Assembly: GCA_031412945.1 (NCBI GenBank)
Contig: JANODY010000006.1
Location: 35,224-99,223, forward strand
Source of the DNA: Cyanobacteria bacterium SOY_65_metabat_81
GTDB taxonomy: Bacteria; Cyanobacteriota; Cyanobacteriia; Pseudanabaenales; Pseudanabaenaceae
Length of the DNA stretch: 64,000 nucleotides
Direction: 5' to 3'
In this document: positions 36,629 through 45,536 of the stretch, one piece after another
Layout of the letters: every line of letters starts with the position of its first letter
Numbering within the stretch: position 1 is the first letter of the stretch
Position numbers and translations under genes: made by a program
The notes under the pieces: generated by a model
The model's input: the letters and a program-made list of their open reading frames with translations, nothing else
What the model was told of the DNA's origin: nothing
Database searches by the model: none

Positions 36629-38554
36629 ATGTTGCAAGAGATTCAATTACCTGTTGTTGCCGATATAAAAAAATGGGCTATTCAAGATAGCGAGACACTC
36701 TATCGTATTGATGGCTGGGGAGAGCCGTATTTTAGTATCAACGAGGCTGGTCATGTAACTGTGTCACCGAAGGGCGATCGCGGCGGCTGTGTTGACCTGT
36801 TCGAGTTGGTAAATGACCTGAAACAACGGGGCTTGCGAACCCCTATCTTGATCAGATTTTCAGATATTCTGGCCGATCGCATTGAGCGTCTGAATGCCAC
36901 CTTTGCCAAGGCGATCGCCCGCTATAACTACAATGGCGTTTATCGCGGCGTTTTTCCTGTCAAGGTCAATCAACAGCGCCAACTAGTTGAAGAAATTGCT
37001 AAATATGGCAAACCCTTTCAGTTTGGGCTTGAGGCAGGTTCTAAGCCTGAACTTTTGATTGCACTAGCCACATTACGCACCCCCGGTTCGTTGCTGATTT
37101 GCAATGGTTACAAAGATGCTGAATATATCGAAACGGCTCTGCTAGCCAGAAAGCTAGGACAAAATACGATCATTGTCATCGAGCAGCTTGAAGAAGTAGA
37201 AATGATCATCCGCGCCGCCACTAAGTTAGGCATCGCGCCTGTGGTTGGAGTACGCGCTAAACTCAGCGCCAAAGGGGTCGGGCATTGGGAAGACTCCACG
37301 GGCGATCGCGCTAAATTTGGCTTGAGCATGTGGGAAATTTTGGAAGCCGTTGAACAATTGGAAGCCGCAGACATGCTGGATTCTCTTAAGTTGTTACACT
37401 TCCATATCGGTTCGCAAATCAGCAACATCAGCACGATCAAAGATGCCTTGAGAGAAGCAGGACAGATCTATGTGCAGCTTGCGGGGCTGGGCGCACCGAT
37501 GGGACATCTTGATGTGGGCGGTGGTTTGGGCGTTGACTACGATGGCTCTAAAACCAATTTCTATGCTTCCAAAAATTACAGTATGCAGAACTATGCTTAC
37601 GATATTGTGGCCGCGATTAAAGATGCTTGTGCGGATAAAGGCGTGACCGTGCCGACACTCACAAGTGAAAGTGGTCGGGCGATCGCCTCACACCAATCGG
37701 TTTTAGTGTTTGACGTGGTGGGCATTAGTGGCACTCCTAATCAGGCGATCGCGCCACTGCAAGAAGACGAACATTTGATTGTGCGAAATCTCTTTGAAGC
37801 TCTTGAAAATATCAATGAAAAGAATTATCAAGAGATTTATCATGATGCCGTGCAGTTCAATCAAGAAGCTGTTAGTTTGTTCACCTTTGGCTATCTATCT
37901 CTCAAACAACGCGCCAGAGTTGAAAGGCTTTTTTGGGAATGTTGCGATCGCATTCTCAAAGTAACTCGCAAACTCAACTATGTCCCCGACGATCTGGAAG
38001 ATCTAGAGAAAGCGATGGCGCTGACTTACTATTGCAATTTCTCCGTCTTCCAGTCTGCGCCTGACAGTTGGGCGATCGATCAGCTTTTCCCGATCATGCC
38101 AATTCACCGTCTCAACGAAGAACCAACCTGTCGCGGCACGATCGCCGATCTCACCTGTGACAGCGACGGCAAAATTGATCGCTTCATCGATTTACGCGAT
38201 GTCAAATCCACGCTAGAGTTACATCCATTTATTAGCGAAGAGCCATACTTTTTAGCTCTATTTCTCGGCGGTGCATACCAAGAAATTTTGGGTGATTTGC
38301 ATAATCTATTTGGCGATACCGATGCAGTGCATATTCACACAACACCCACAGGCTATAAAGTTGAGCATGTGATCAAAGGTGACTCAATGACAGAAGTACT
38401 TGCCTATGTCCAATACAACCGTGATGCCATGCTCGAAAATATTCGTCAAGAGACAGAACGCGCTCTTCAAGACAAGCAAATTACTTTGGATGAAGCCAGA
38501 TTATTTTTGCAAAAATACGAACATTGCTTAAATGGTTACACCTATCTCAGCTAA
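36629..38554 (+). CDS. speA: Biosynthetic arginine decarboxylase
   Basis: YRIDGWGEPYF, PVKVNQQ (PLP lysine), HFHIGSQ, CDSDG. ATG at 36629 is preferred. Confidence 0.93.
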   Translation: MLQEIQLPVVADIKKWAIQDSETLYRIDGWGEPYFSINEAGHVTVSPKGDRGGCVDLFELVNDLKQRGLRTPILIRFSDILADRIERLNATFAKAIARYNYNGVYRGVFPVKVNQQRQLVEEIAKYGKPFQFGLEAGSKPELLIALATLRTPGSLLICNGYKDAEYIETALLARKLGQNTIIVIEQLEEVEMIIRAATKLGIAPVVGVRAKLSAKGVGHWEDSTGDRAKFGLSMWEILEAVEQLEAADMLDSLKLLHFHIGSQISNISTIKDALREAGQIYVQLAGLGAPMGHLDVGGGLGVDYDGSKTNFYASKNYSMQNYAYDIVAAIKDACADKGVTVPTLTSESGRAIASHQSVLVFDVVGISGTPNQAIAPLQEDEHLIVRNLFEALENINEKNYQEIYHDAVQFNQEAVSLFTFGYLSLKQRARVERLFWECCDRILKVTRKLNYVPDDLEDLEKAMALTYYCNFSVFQSAPDSWAIDQLFPIMPIHRLNEEPTCRGTIADLTCDSDGKIDRFIDLRDVKSTLELHPFISEEPYFLALFLGGAYQEILGDLHNLFGDTDAVHIHTTPTGYKVEHVIKGDSMTEVLAYVQYNRDAMLENIRQETERALQDKQITLDEARLFLQKYEHCLNGYTYLS

Positions 38555-38568
38555 AAGCCTGAAGCATT

Positions 38569-38600
38569 AAAAAGGTAAAAACGCCGCTTTTACCTTTTTT
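38569..38600. terminator. Terminator after speA
   Basis: AAAAAGGTAAAA-ACGCCGC-TTTTACCTTTTT. Confidence 0.7.
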
Positions 38601-38642
38601 TATTGCCGAGCATTTTATTGCCGAACATTTTATTGCCGAACA
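38598..38642. repeat. 3 x 15-bp tandem repeat
   Basis: TTTTATTGCCGAGCA / TTTTATTGCCGAACA / TTTTATTGCCGAACA. A further TATTGCCGAG occurs at about 38705. Confidence 0.9.
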
Positions 38643-38703
38643 ATAGTGGCGAGATTAAAATCCGTGAAATCTAATCATCCGTTTAATCCGTGATTCAGCC
38701 TTT

Positions 38704-39090
38704 CTATTGCCGAGTCTGGCTCACCAGAGATAAAATTCCCTGATTGAGCGATCGCATCTCCTGCAAAATCTCTCGCAATAAGCGATTAGTTTCATTTTGA
38801 GTCGGTTCTTGCACCTGAATTGTCACCTGCTTCATTTTCAAAACATCTCGCGCAAATCTTGATACTTCAGTTGGGTGAAATAACAATGGTTCACGATCGC
38901 TTTGGCGTAACTCAGCATTAAGCCGCATCGGATCGTAAGGCAAGTTGAGTAAACCCTTAATGTGACTGGTGTTGGCATAGCGATATATCGAAGCCCGCGA
39001 TCGCCCTAACGCTTTTTGGATTGCTTCAACATCCATTAGCTCATAGGTTTTATCTGTACTTAGATCGGTTGCAGAAAATAGGAGACTCAT
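38704..39090 (-). CDS. Hypothetical protein with a probable helix-turn-helix segment
   Basis: 128-aa ORF. The segment IQKALGRSRASIYRYAN looks HTH-like. It sits directly downstream of the Hpt gene on the same strand. Confidence 0.6.
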   Translation of the reverse strand: MSLLFSATDLSTDKTYELMDVEAIQKALGRSRASIYRYANTSHIKGLLNLPYDPMRLNAELRQSDREPLLFHPTEVSRFARDVLKMKQVTIQVQEPTQNETNRLLREILQEMRSLNQGILSLVSQTRQ

Positions 39091-39125
39091 GGCAAATTTA
39101 TTGATAACCAGCCATGATTATAGTC

Positions 39126-39494
39126 TCATTTTAAGACTGTTGGTCTTTCGATAATAAACTGTTCGATCGCCTGCATTTCTTTGATCATGTTGTCAACAAT
39201 TCCTGAAAGTTCTGGGATGCTAGCTAGATCTAAAACCCGATCCAGCTTTTCAAGTTGAACTGCTAAAGAGAGCATTTGCCAAGCACCCACATTACTGCTA
39301 GCCCCCTTGATGTGATGATTTGCGCTCATGATCTGCTCATAATCATTATTGGCGATCGCCTCACGCGCTTTATCTATTCTTGGCATAATATCTTCGACAT
39401 ACACTTGCAAAACCTCGATTTCAAAGGCTATATCCCCTAGGGATATTTCGTTGAGTAGTTCTAAATCAATAGGACAATTTGATTGCTGATTCAT
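39126..39494 (-). CDS. Hpt (histidine phosphotransfer) domain protein
   Basis: SANHHIKGASSNVGA phospho-histidine motif. ATG at 39494 (MNQQSNC) is preferred over the TTG at 39524. Confidence 0.8.
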   Translation of the reverse strand: MNQQSNCPIDLELLNEISLGDIAFEIEVLQVYVEDIMPRIDKAREAIANNDYEQIMSANHHIKGASSNVGAWQMLSLAVQLEKLDRVLDLASIPELSGIVDNMIKEMQAIEQFIIERPTVLK

Positions 39495-39539
39495 ATATTT
39501 CAAAAGTTTTACAGCATTTAGCAAGAGCTAGATTACTTA

Positions 39540-39641
39540 TATAGCAATCCTAAACGAATTGTGAGTAGGGGCAATTCATAAACTGCCCCTACTCACAAAG
39601 ATGACAAAATATTTTGATACATATCATTTCGGATTGCTATA
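39540..39641. mobile_element. MITE-like element, family B, copy 1
   Basis: Termini TATAGCAATCC...GGATTGCTATA. The core is the 36-bp palindrome GTGAGTAGGGGCAATTCATAAACTGCCCCTACTCAC (39561-39596). Confidence 0.75.
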
Positions 39642-39803
39642 TTTAGGCTTTGCTAAATTAACATGCGCCTAGTCAAAAAAGGCAAAAAATAAAGAATTAG
39701 CTCTCTACTTATCTTATTTTCGACAGTGGCGATCGTAATATCGGTGTTAGAATTATGATAAATGTAAAGTTTTGCAAAGTCATCTATGTGAGTCAAATTG
39801 ACC

Positions 39804-40985
39804 ATGCGTATCATTTTAATGACAGGAAAAGGCGGAGTTGGTAAAACTTCCGTAGCGGCGGCGACAGGCTTACGTTGTGCCGAATTGGGTTATAAAACAC
39901 TAGTGTTGAGTACTGATCCTGCTCACTCCCTTGCAGATAGCTTTATGGTCGAGTTAGGACATGATCCTAAACAGATTCGTCCCAATCTTTGGGGAGCAGA
40001 ACTTGATGCGTTAAAAGAGCTAGAAGGGAACTGGGGCGCGGTCAAACGGTATATCAGCGAAGTCTTACAGGCGCGTGGTCTCGAAGGTGTTCAGGCTGAA
40101 GAATTAGCAATTTTACCTGGCATGGATGAGATCTTTGGGCTAGTGCGGGTCAAGCGGCACTATGACGAAAAAGAATTTGATGTGTTGGTCATTGACTCTG
40201 CGCCAACGGGGACAGCGCTACGTTTACTGTCCCTGCCCGAAGTTGCGGGTTGGTACATGCGGAAATTCTATAAACCATTGCAAGGTATGGCTCAGGTTCT
40301 AAACCCTGTATTTGAACCTATTTTCAAGCGCGTTACTGGATTTTCGCTACCAAATAAGGAGGTAATGGATGCTCCCTATGAGTTTTATGAAGAACTAGAA
40401 GCTCTAGAAAAGATTCTCACTGACAACACCATTACAACGGTCAGGCTGGTAACTAATCCTGAGAAGATGGTCATCAATGAGTCATTGAGGGCACATTCTT
40501 ATCTGAGTCTTTACAATGTCGCGACAGACATGGTGATTGCTAATCGAATTATTCCTGAAGAAGTTCAAGATCCATTTTTTAAAGCTTGGAAGGAAAATCA
40601 GAAACAATATTGTGAACAGATTTATCGTGATTTTCATCCTTTGCCAATTAAGCAAATTCCACTTTATTCTGAAGAGATGTGCGGTCTAAAAGCATTAGAA
40701 CGGCTCAAAGACACTCTGTTTGGTGATGAAGATCCATCTCAAATCTATTACAAAGAGAACACGATGCGGGTAGTTGAAGAAAACAAACAGTATCGTTTAG
40801 AGCTATTTTTGCCTGGTGTGCCTAAGGAAAAAATTGAGCTAACCAAGACGGGTGACGAGCTAAACATTCGGATTGGCAATCATCGCCGTAATTTGGTTTT
40901 GCCTCAAGCTTTGTCGGTTCTCCAAACTGCTGGCGCGAAGATGGAAGATGATTATTTAAAGATTCAATTTAAGACTCCTGTTTAG
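39804..40985 (+). CDS. ArsA/GET3-family ATPase with a C-terminal HSP20-like domain
   Basis: P-loop [27 protein letters not shown]. Confidence 0.88.
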   Translation: MRIILMTGKGGVGKTSVAAATGLRCAELGYKTLVLSTDPAHSLADSFMVELGHDPKQIRPNLWGAELDALKELEGNWGAVKRYISEVLQARGLEGVQAEELAILPGMDEIFGLVRVKRHYDEKEFDVLVIDSAPTGTALRLLSLPEVAGWYMRKFYKPLQGMAQVLNPVFEPIFKRVTGFSLPNKEVMDAPYEFYEELEALEKILTDNTITTVRLVTNPEKMVINESLRAHSYLSLYNVATDMVIANRIIPEEVQDPFFKAWKENQKQYCEQIYRDFHPLPIKQIPLYSEEMCGLKALERLKDTLFGDEDPSQIYYKENTMRVVEENKQYRLELFLPGVPKEKIELTKTGDELNIRIGNHRRNLVLPQALSVLQTAGAKMEDDYLKIQFKTPV

Positions 40986-41083
40986 CAAATCAGAATAATT
41001 TTGATGTCGATAAAAGTCTTGCTAAGCGAGACTTTTATACATGCCCAATTGGCAATCATAAAAATGCAATCATAAAAATCATT

Positions 41084-42181
41084 ATGCCCAAACCCAAGAC
41101 TACGCTAATCCTCAATCCTAAACCACAATCGCAAATAACGCTCAGCGAGTATGTTACGGCGATCGCATGGTCACCCGATGGCAAATATGTCGCCACCGCC
41201 ACCGCGTCAGGTGAGGTTGTTTTATTGGATGATACGAGCGCCGTTTCTGATATCTCGCAAAAGTTGATAGAATTGCAAAAGTCCACTGAGATTGCGGTGG
41301 ACTGTCTGGGTTTTTCGGCGGATGGATGCTGGTTTGCGACAGGAGGACAAGATGGGAAAGTGCGAGTTTGGAAATTAGAAAACAATCAGGTGGCGATCGC
41401 GGCTACCCTTGATCTTGGCAACACATGGATCGAACATCTGGTCTGGCATCCTAGCCGAGCCGAGATTGCCTTTAGTTTTGGCAAATATGTCCAAGTCTGG
41501 AGTGCAAATACTCTCGATATTGTCACCACTTTACATTTTGAAAAATCAACAGTACTGGCGATCGCATGGCATCCTAGTGGCGAATATCTGTCCGTAGGCG
41601 GTGATGGTGGCTTTAAGACTTGGGCCGCCCAAGATTGGTATGCAGACCCTATTTTGTTTGAAATGTCCACGGCGATCGCCAAAATCGCTTGGGATCACGC
41701 AGGGCAGTACATAGTAGCAAGTACCCTTGATAATTTGGTTGTAGTTATGGAATGGCTAGGAACAGACTTTGATGTTTCACCTTGGCGGATGCAGGGCTTT
41801 CCAGCTAAAATCCGCTCTTTTGCTTGGTCGGCTAATAAAACTTCGCCATTATTATCGTCATCTAGTGGTTCTGATATTGTCATTTGGGAACGACATGCTG
41901 ATCTGAATATTGGTTGGGAAGGTGAGTCAATTAAAGGGCATAACAGCGTTGTCGGTTTTGCGACCTTCAAGCCAAAATCGCAAGTATTAGCCTCGGCTGA
42001 CGAAAATGGCAGGATTGCGATCTGGAAAAATGCTAAGGATTGGGTGCAAGCTTTAGATACACCGATGGGCGAGATTACGGCTCTACAATGGCAACCACAG
42101 GGCAGAAAATTGGCGGCGGCTAATGCTGATGGCGATCTCATGATCTGGGCTGAATCTTCACAGGGCAAGGGTTTTCGCTAA
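41084..42181 (+). CDS. WD40 repeat protein
   Basis: Repeating units such as AIAWSPDGKYVATA..., GFSADGCWFATGGQDGKVRVW and ADENGRIAIW. Confidence 0.85.
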   Translation: MPKPKTTLILNPKPQSQITLSEYVTAIAWSPDGKYVATATASGEVVLLDDTSAVSDISQKLIELQKSTEIAVDCLGFSADGCWFATGGQDGKVRVWKLENNQVAIAATLDLGNTWIEHLVWHPSRAEIAFSFGKYVQVWSANTLDIVTTLHFEKSTVLAIAWHPSGEYLSVGGDGGFKTWAAQDWYADPILFEMSTAIAKIAWDHAGQYIVASTLDNLVVVMEWLGTDFDVSPWRMQGFPAKIRSFAWSANKTSPLLSSSSGSDIVIWERHADLNIGWEGESIKGHNSVVGFATFKPKSQVLASADENGRIAIWKNAKDWVQALDTPMGEITALQWQPQGRKLAAANADGDLMIWAESSQGKGFR

Positions 42182-42345
42182 AATCAACATTTTTTCGTCA
42201 TTTGTCCCCCGCAAAGCGTTTTCTTAAAACCCAAGAAATTTTCTAAAAAGCTTGCAAAGCAAGCCTTTTAAAAAATTTCTTGGACTACACATACTGTGAT
42301 ATCATTGCAATTGCTTTGCTGACCAATAGTCTACAAAAGATATTT

Positions 42346-42432
42346 GGAGAGGTGGCAGAGTGGTTGAATGCGTCTGACTCGAAATCAGATTTGGGGTCAC
42401 ACCTAACGGGAGTTCGAATCTCCCCCTCTCCG
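42346..42432 (+). tRNA. tRNA-Ser (anticodon CGA)
   Basis: 87 nt, class II with a long variable arm. Acceptor GGAGAGG/CCTCTCC, anticodon arm TCTGA-CTCGAAA-TCAGA, T-arm GGGAG-TTCGAAT-CTCCC. Confidence 0.9.
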
Positions 42433-42449
42433 TTTCTTAAAAGCAAAAA

Positions 42450-42478
42450 ATAGTGCTGCTCAGCAGCACTATTTTTTT
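42450..42478 (+). terminator. Terminator after tRNA-Ser
   Basis: ATAGTGCTGC-TCAG-CAGCACTAT followed by TTTTTT. Confidence 0.7.
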
Positions 42479-42724
42479 ATGTTTAGCGGTTGTGAAACGA
42501 TTGTTGTGCATGAAGATTTAAAAAATGTAGGGAGAAAATCATGATTTGCTCCTATGATAAAATGAAACTTTAAAGTCGTTTTTTGCGTAAGCCCTAACTT
42601 TATGTAGTTTGCAAAGAAATTTTAAAGTGCCGCTTTGCAGCATTTTTAAATTTCTCTCTGGGTTTAATGTCAGCTATAGCGCTGTAAAAATAAATTTGTA
42701 AAATCAATTGGAGATAGCCTAAAC

Positions 42725-44524
42725 ATGGACGAACAGGATACAAAAGGGCTACATTTTAATGCTCAAAAATTAATTCAAGATTATATGTCTCAAAATTATG
42801 ATGTGTTGTCTGAGCAGCTAATTCATATTTTGGAACACTTTGAGCAAGTTAATTATTTAGAAATATCAGATGAATTACGATACTTTATAAATGCATTTGT
42901 TAAAAATTTTTTATATATCTTCACGCAGCCTGATTATGTATTAAGCGATCGCTATGTGACAAGATTTATTCAATTAAATTTAATCATATCTAATTTAGTA
43001 GCAATTTCTGACTTTAAGACTACAGACGCTTATTTAGAAATATTAAAATGGCAGCCCCAAAATTATGTAAAGATGCTTAGTCTATGTTCGGCTAGAAATA
43101 TTTTTACAATCGATCGCCAGTCTTTTTTTGATGCTAGTCCTCAATTGGCTTGTTTGTGGTATTGCCATTATTTAGAAATTTATCGATCGGGTTTAGTAAA
43201 TAGAATTGCATATCAAAATTTGCGAGAACACCTTATATACGAAGACGATCGCTTAACTGATTTTTATAAAATTGATGATCTCTACTTTGGCTCAACATAT
43301 ATTGATGGAGATGGCGATCGCTTACTCAAGGCAAAAATAAATAAATCAATTCAAAATAGTCAACTCATCAAAAGTATAGTTATCAATAATCAACCAAACC
43401 CTAAAAAAATTGCAGTAATATCTAGATTTTGGTTTCCTCAACATTCTGTTTATCGGGTTCTTTTTAAATTTGTGGCATCACTTAAAGATAGCTATCATCT
43501 TACCTTAATACATTTGGGCGATCGGCAATTAGAAATTGATACTCAGTATTTTCATGAAGTAAAATATTTACAGCTTCAAGACGATAAACTTGATATTAGT
43601 AGTATCGAGACAAATGATTTTGCTGCCATCTACTATCCAGATATTGGGATGTCAATCGAAAGTATTTTATTGTCGAATCTGCGTATCGCTCCCGTGCAAA
43701 TCTGTGGAGTAGGACATCCTGTAAGTACATTTGGGAGCGAGATTGATTATTTTATTGGTGGTGCTGATGCTGAAGTAAGTCGCAATCCTGAAGTCAATTA
43801 TTCTGAACGCTTAGTTCTATTAAATGGTTTAGGAATCATCAATAATCAGCCTAATTATGAACGTCAGCACAAATCATCTACTCGCAAATCTGTTGACAAG
43901 GATGACAGATTTATTATTAATTGTCCTTGGTACGCCCAAAAAGTAAATTATCCGCTATTAGTTTTGCTAAAAAAACTAACCCAAGAAGCTAAATCTTCTA
44001 TACTATTTCGCTTCTTTTCAGGAGGAGCATTAACTCGTAAAAATGACTTTCTTCCATTTGTCAAAGACGTGGAACAAGTTTTAGGATCTGAACATGTTCA
44101 GGTCTATCCATATATGCCCTACGGTGAATACATGGCTTGTATGGAAGAAGGTGATATCTGTATTGATTCCTATCATTTTGGTGGATGTAATGTCATCATT
44201 GATGGGCTGTATCTCCAAAAGCCAACAATCGTATTTGAAGGTAAACGTTGGTATACCAGAGCAGGAGCGCGACTAATGAAAAATTTAGGGCTAGGAGATC
44301 TGGTTGCTAAGACACCTACGGAATATACTCAACTAATTCTCAAACTAATCAACAACCAAAGCTTTTATGCAGAAGTGCAAGAGCGAGTAAGTCAAGTGGA
44401 ATTATCAAAAATAGCCTTTCAATCAGATGATGGTCAATATTTTAAAAAAGCGATCGATTTTTTAATTCAAAATCACGATCATTTGCAAAAAGATAACACA
44501 AAGAAACCAATTCGGATTTTATGA
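42725..44524 (+). CDS. GT41-like glycosyltransferase (OGT/HMW1C-like) with an all-helical N-domain and no TPRs
   Basis: IGMSIESILLSNLRIAPVQICGVGHPVSTFGSEIDYFIGG resembles the GT41 core (LAPVQ...WGHP.TTG...IDY). Confidence 0.65.
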   Translation: MDEQDTKGLHFNAQKLIQDYMSQNYDVLSEQLIHILEHFEQVNYLEISDELRYFINAFVKNFLYIFTQPDYVLSDRYVTRFIQLNLIISNLVAISDFKTTDAYLEILKWQPQNYVKMLSLCSARNIFTIDRQSFFDASPQLACLWYCHYLEIYRSGLVNRIAYQNLREHLIYEDDRLTDFYKIDDLYFGSTYIDGDGDRLLKAKINKSIQNSQLIKSIVINNQPNPKKIAVISRFWFPQHSVYRVLFKFVASLKDSYHLTLIHLGDRQLEIDTQYFHEVKYLQLQDDKLDISSIETNDFAAIYYPDIGMSIESILLSNLRIAPVQICGVGHPVSTFGSEIDYFIGGADAEVSRNPEVNYSERLVLLNGLGIINNQPNYERQHKSSTRKSVDKDDRFIINCPWYAQKVNYPLLVLLKKLTQEAKSSILFRFFSGGALTRKNDFLPFVKDVEQVLGSEHVQVYPYMPYGEYMACMEEGDICIDSYHFGGCNVIIDGLYLQKPTIVFEGKRWYTRAGARLMKNLGLGDLVAKTPTEYTQLILKLINNQSFYAEVQERVSQVELSKIAFQSDDGQYFKKAIDFLIQNHDHLQKDNTKKPIRIL

Positions 44525-44994
44525 AATTAAAGCAGCAAGTTGTAAATTTATTTCACTCTTTGACGATCGCCTGTAAAGATGAAAGTTTTTTGAGGGCGAT
44601 CACCAAAATTGAAAATATTGTTTCTAAAATATTGGCGGTCGCTCTGGTCTTCGTGATTTTGATTGCCCTGTTTGACTTGCTCAAGGTTTTGACCTATGAC
44701 TTGTTTTTTACCGATCCTAAGGGTGTGTTTACGGCTCCGCTACTAAAAATTTTTGGGATGTTTCTTAATGTTTTAATTGCATTGGAACTCATGGAAAATA
44801 TCACCGCCTATTTGCGTCAACATGTGATTCAGCTAGAGTTAGTGGTGATCACCGCCCTGACCGCAGTTGCTCGTAAAATTGTCATTTTTGATAGCAAAGC
44901 CGATGGTGACTTAACTGGTTTAGCGATCGCCGTTTTATCCCTATCAATCAGTTACTGGATCGTCCGCAGCCAAAATCAATCGCGCAAACATTGA
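44521..44994 (+). CDS. PsiE-family (phosphate-starvation-inducible) membrane protein
   Basis: ATGA overlap with the upstream gene. Four TM helices; ALELMENITAYLRQHVIQLELVVITALTAVARKIVIFD. Confidence 0.7.
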   Translation: MKLKQQVVNLFHSLTIACKDESFLRAITKIENIVSKILAVALVFVILIALFDLLKVLTYDLFFTDPKGVFTAPLLKIFGMFLNVLIALELMENITAYLRQHVIQLELVVITALTAVARKIVIFDSKADGDLTGLAIAVLSLSISYWIVRSQNQSRKH

Positions 44995-45086
44995 CCTGCT
45001 TTCAGCGCCTAGAAGTTGCGATCGTCTGATGCTAAAATCATGCTAAGCACTTAGTCTGTATATTAAAACTTTACCTCTAAACCTAT

Positions 45087-45206
45087 ATGACATCATCATT
45101 AACCAATCTTTTGCTCAGCCTTGTCGCTGGCAGCGTAGTCCTTGGACTGATCCTTGTAGCCTTGCTGATCGTTAGCAACAAAGACAAAACCGTTCGTCGA
45201 GGCTAA
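45087..45206 (+). CDS. psbX: Photosystem II reaction-centre protein X (39 aa, missing from the ORF track)
   Basis: MTSSLTNLLLSLVAGSVVLGLILVALLIVSNKDKTVRRG matches the PsbX pattern (TPSL..F..SL..G.VVLG....LI.ISQ.DK..R). Confidence 0.8.
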   Translation: MTSSLTNLLLSLVAGSVVLGLILVALLIVSNKDKTVRRG

Positions 45207-45217
45207 ACAACAAGCCC

Positions 45218-45258
45218 AAAACATTGAAAGCTTTGCAGTGCGAGACTTTCAATGTTTT
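45218..45258 (+). terminator. Terminator after psbX
   Basis: AAAACATTGAAAG-(15 nt)-CTTTCAATGTTTT. Confidence 0.7.
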
Positions 45259-45398
45259 GAACTTACCGCGCACTCAAACTAAAAAGAAGAAAGGCTTGCG
45301 ATGCAAACCTTTCTTTTTTGTCTTGGTACGGAGAACGCGACAATATCAACAGCTTTGGTATAACTCTTGAGTCGGTATAATCAGATTTGATTAATGAT

Positions 45399-45499
45399 AA
45401 GTAAATAAGCGCAATTAAATATAAAACCAGAACCGAAACCTGTGGCGCAGCGTGCGCCACAGGTTTTAGGATTTTATATTTAATTAAGCCAACTTACTT
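45399..45499. mobile_element. MITE-like element, family A, copy 2
   Basis: AAGTAAATAAGCGCAATTAAATATAAAAC...core CCTGTGGCGCA-GCG-TGCGCCACAGG...GATTTTATATTTAATTAAGCCAACTTACTT. Confidence 0.75.
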
Positions 45500-45536
45500 A
45501 AGTAACATTTAGTAATAATCAGGAGCTTTGCGCGAT

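Noticed and set aside
38598-38642. Short direct repeats after speA, considered as a possible CRISPR array.
   Set aside because: The units are 15 bp and contiguous with no spacers, they are AT-rich, and no cas genes are nearby. This is a simple tandem repeat.
45263-45460. 65-aa minus-strand ORF (MAHAAPQVSVLVLYLIA...).
   Set aside because: Its N-terminal third lies within MITE family A copy 2. Its peptide similarity to the 18788..19258 N-terminus is repeat-derived.
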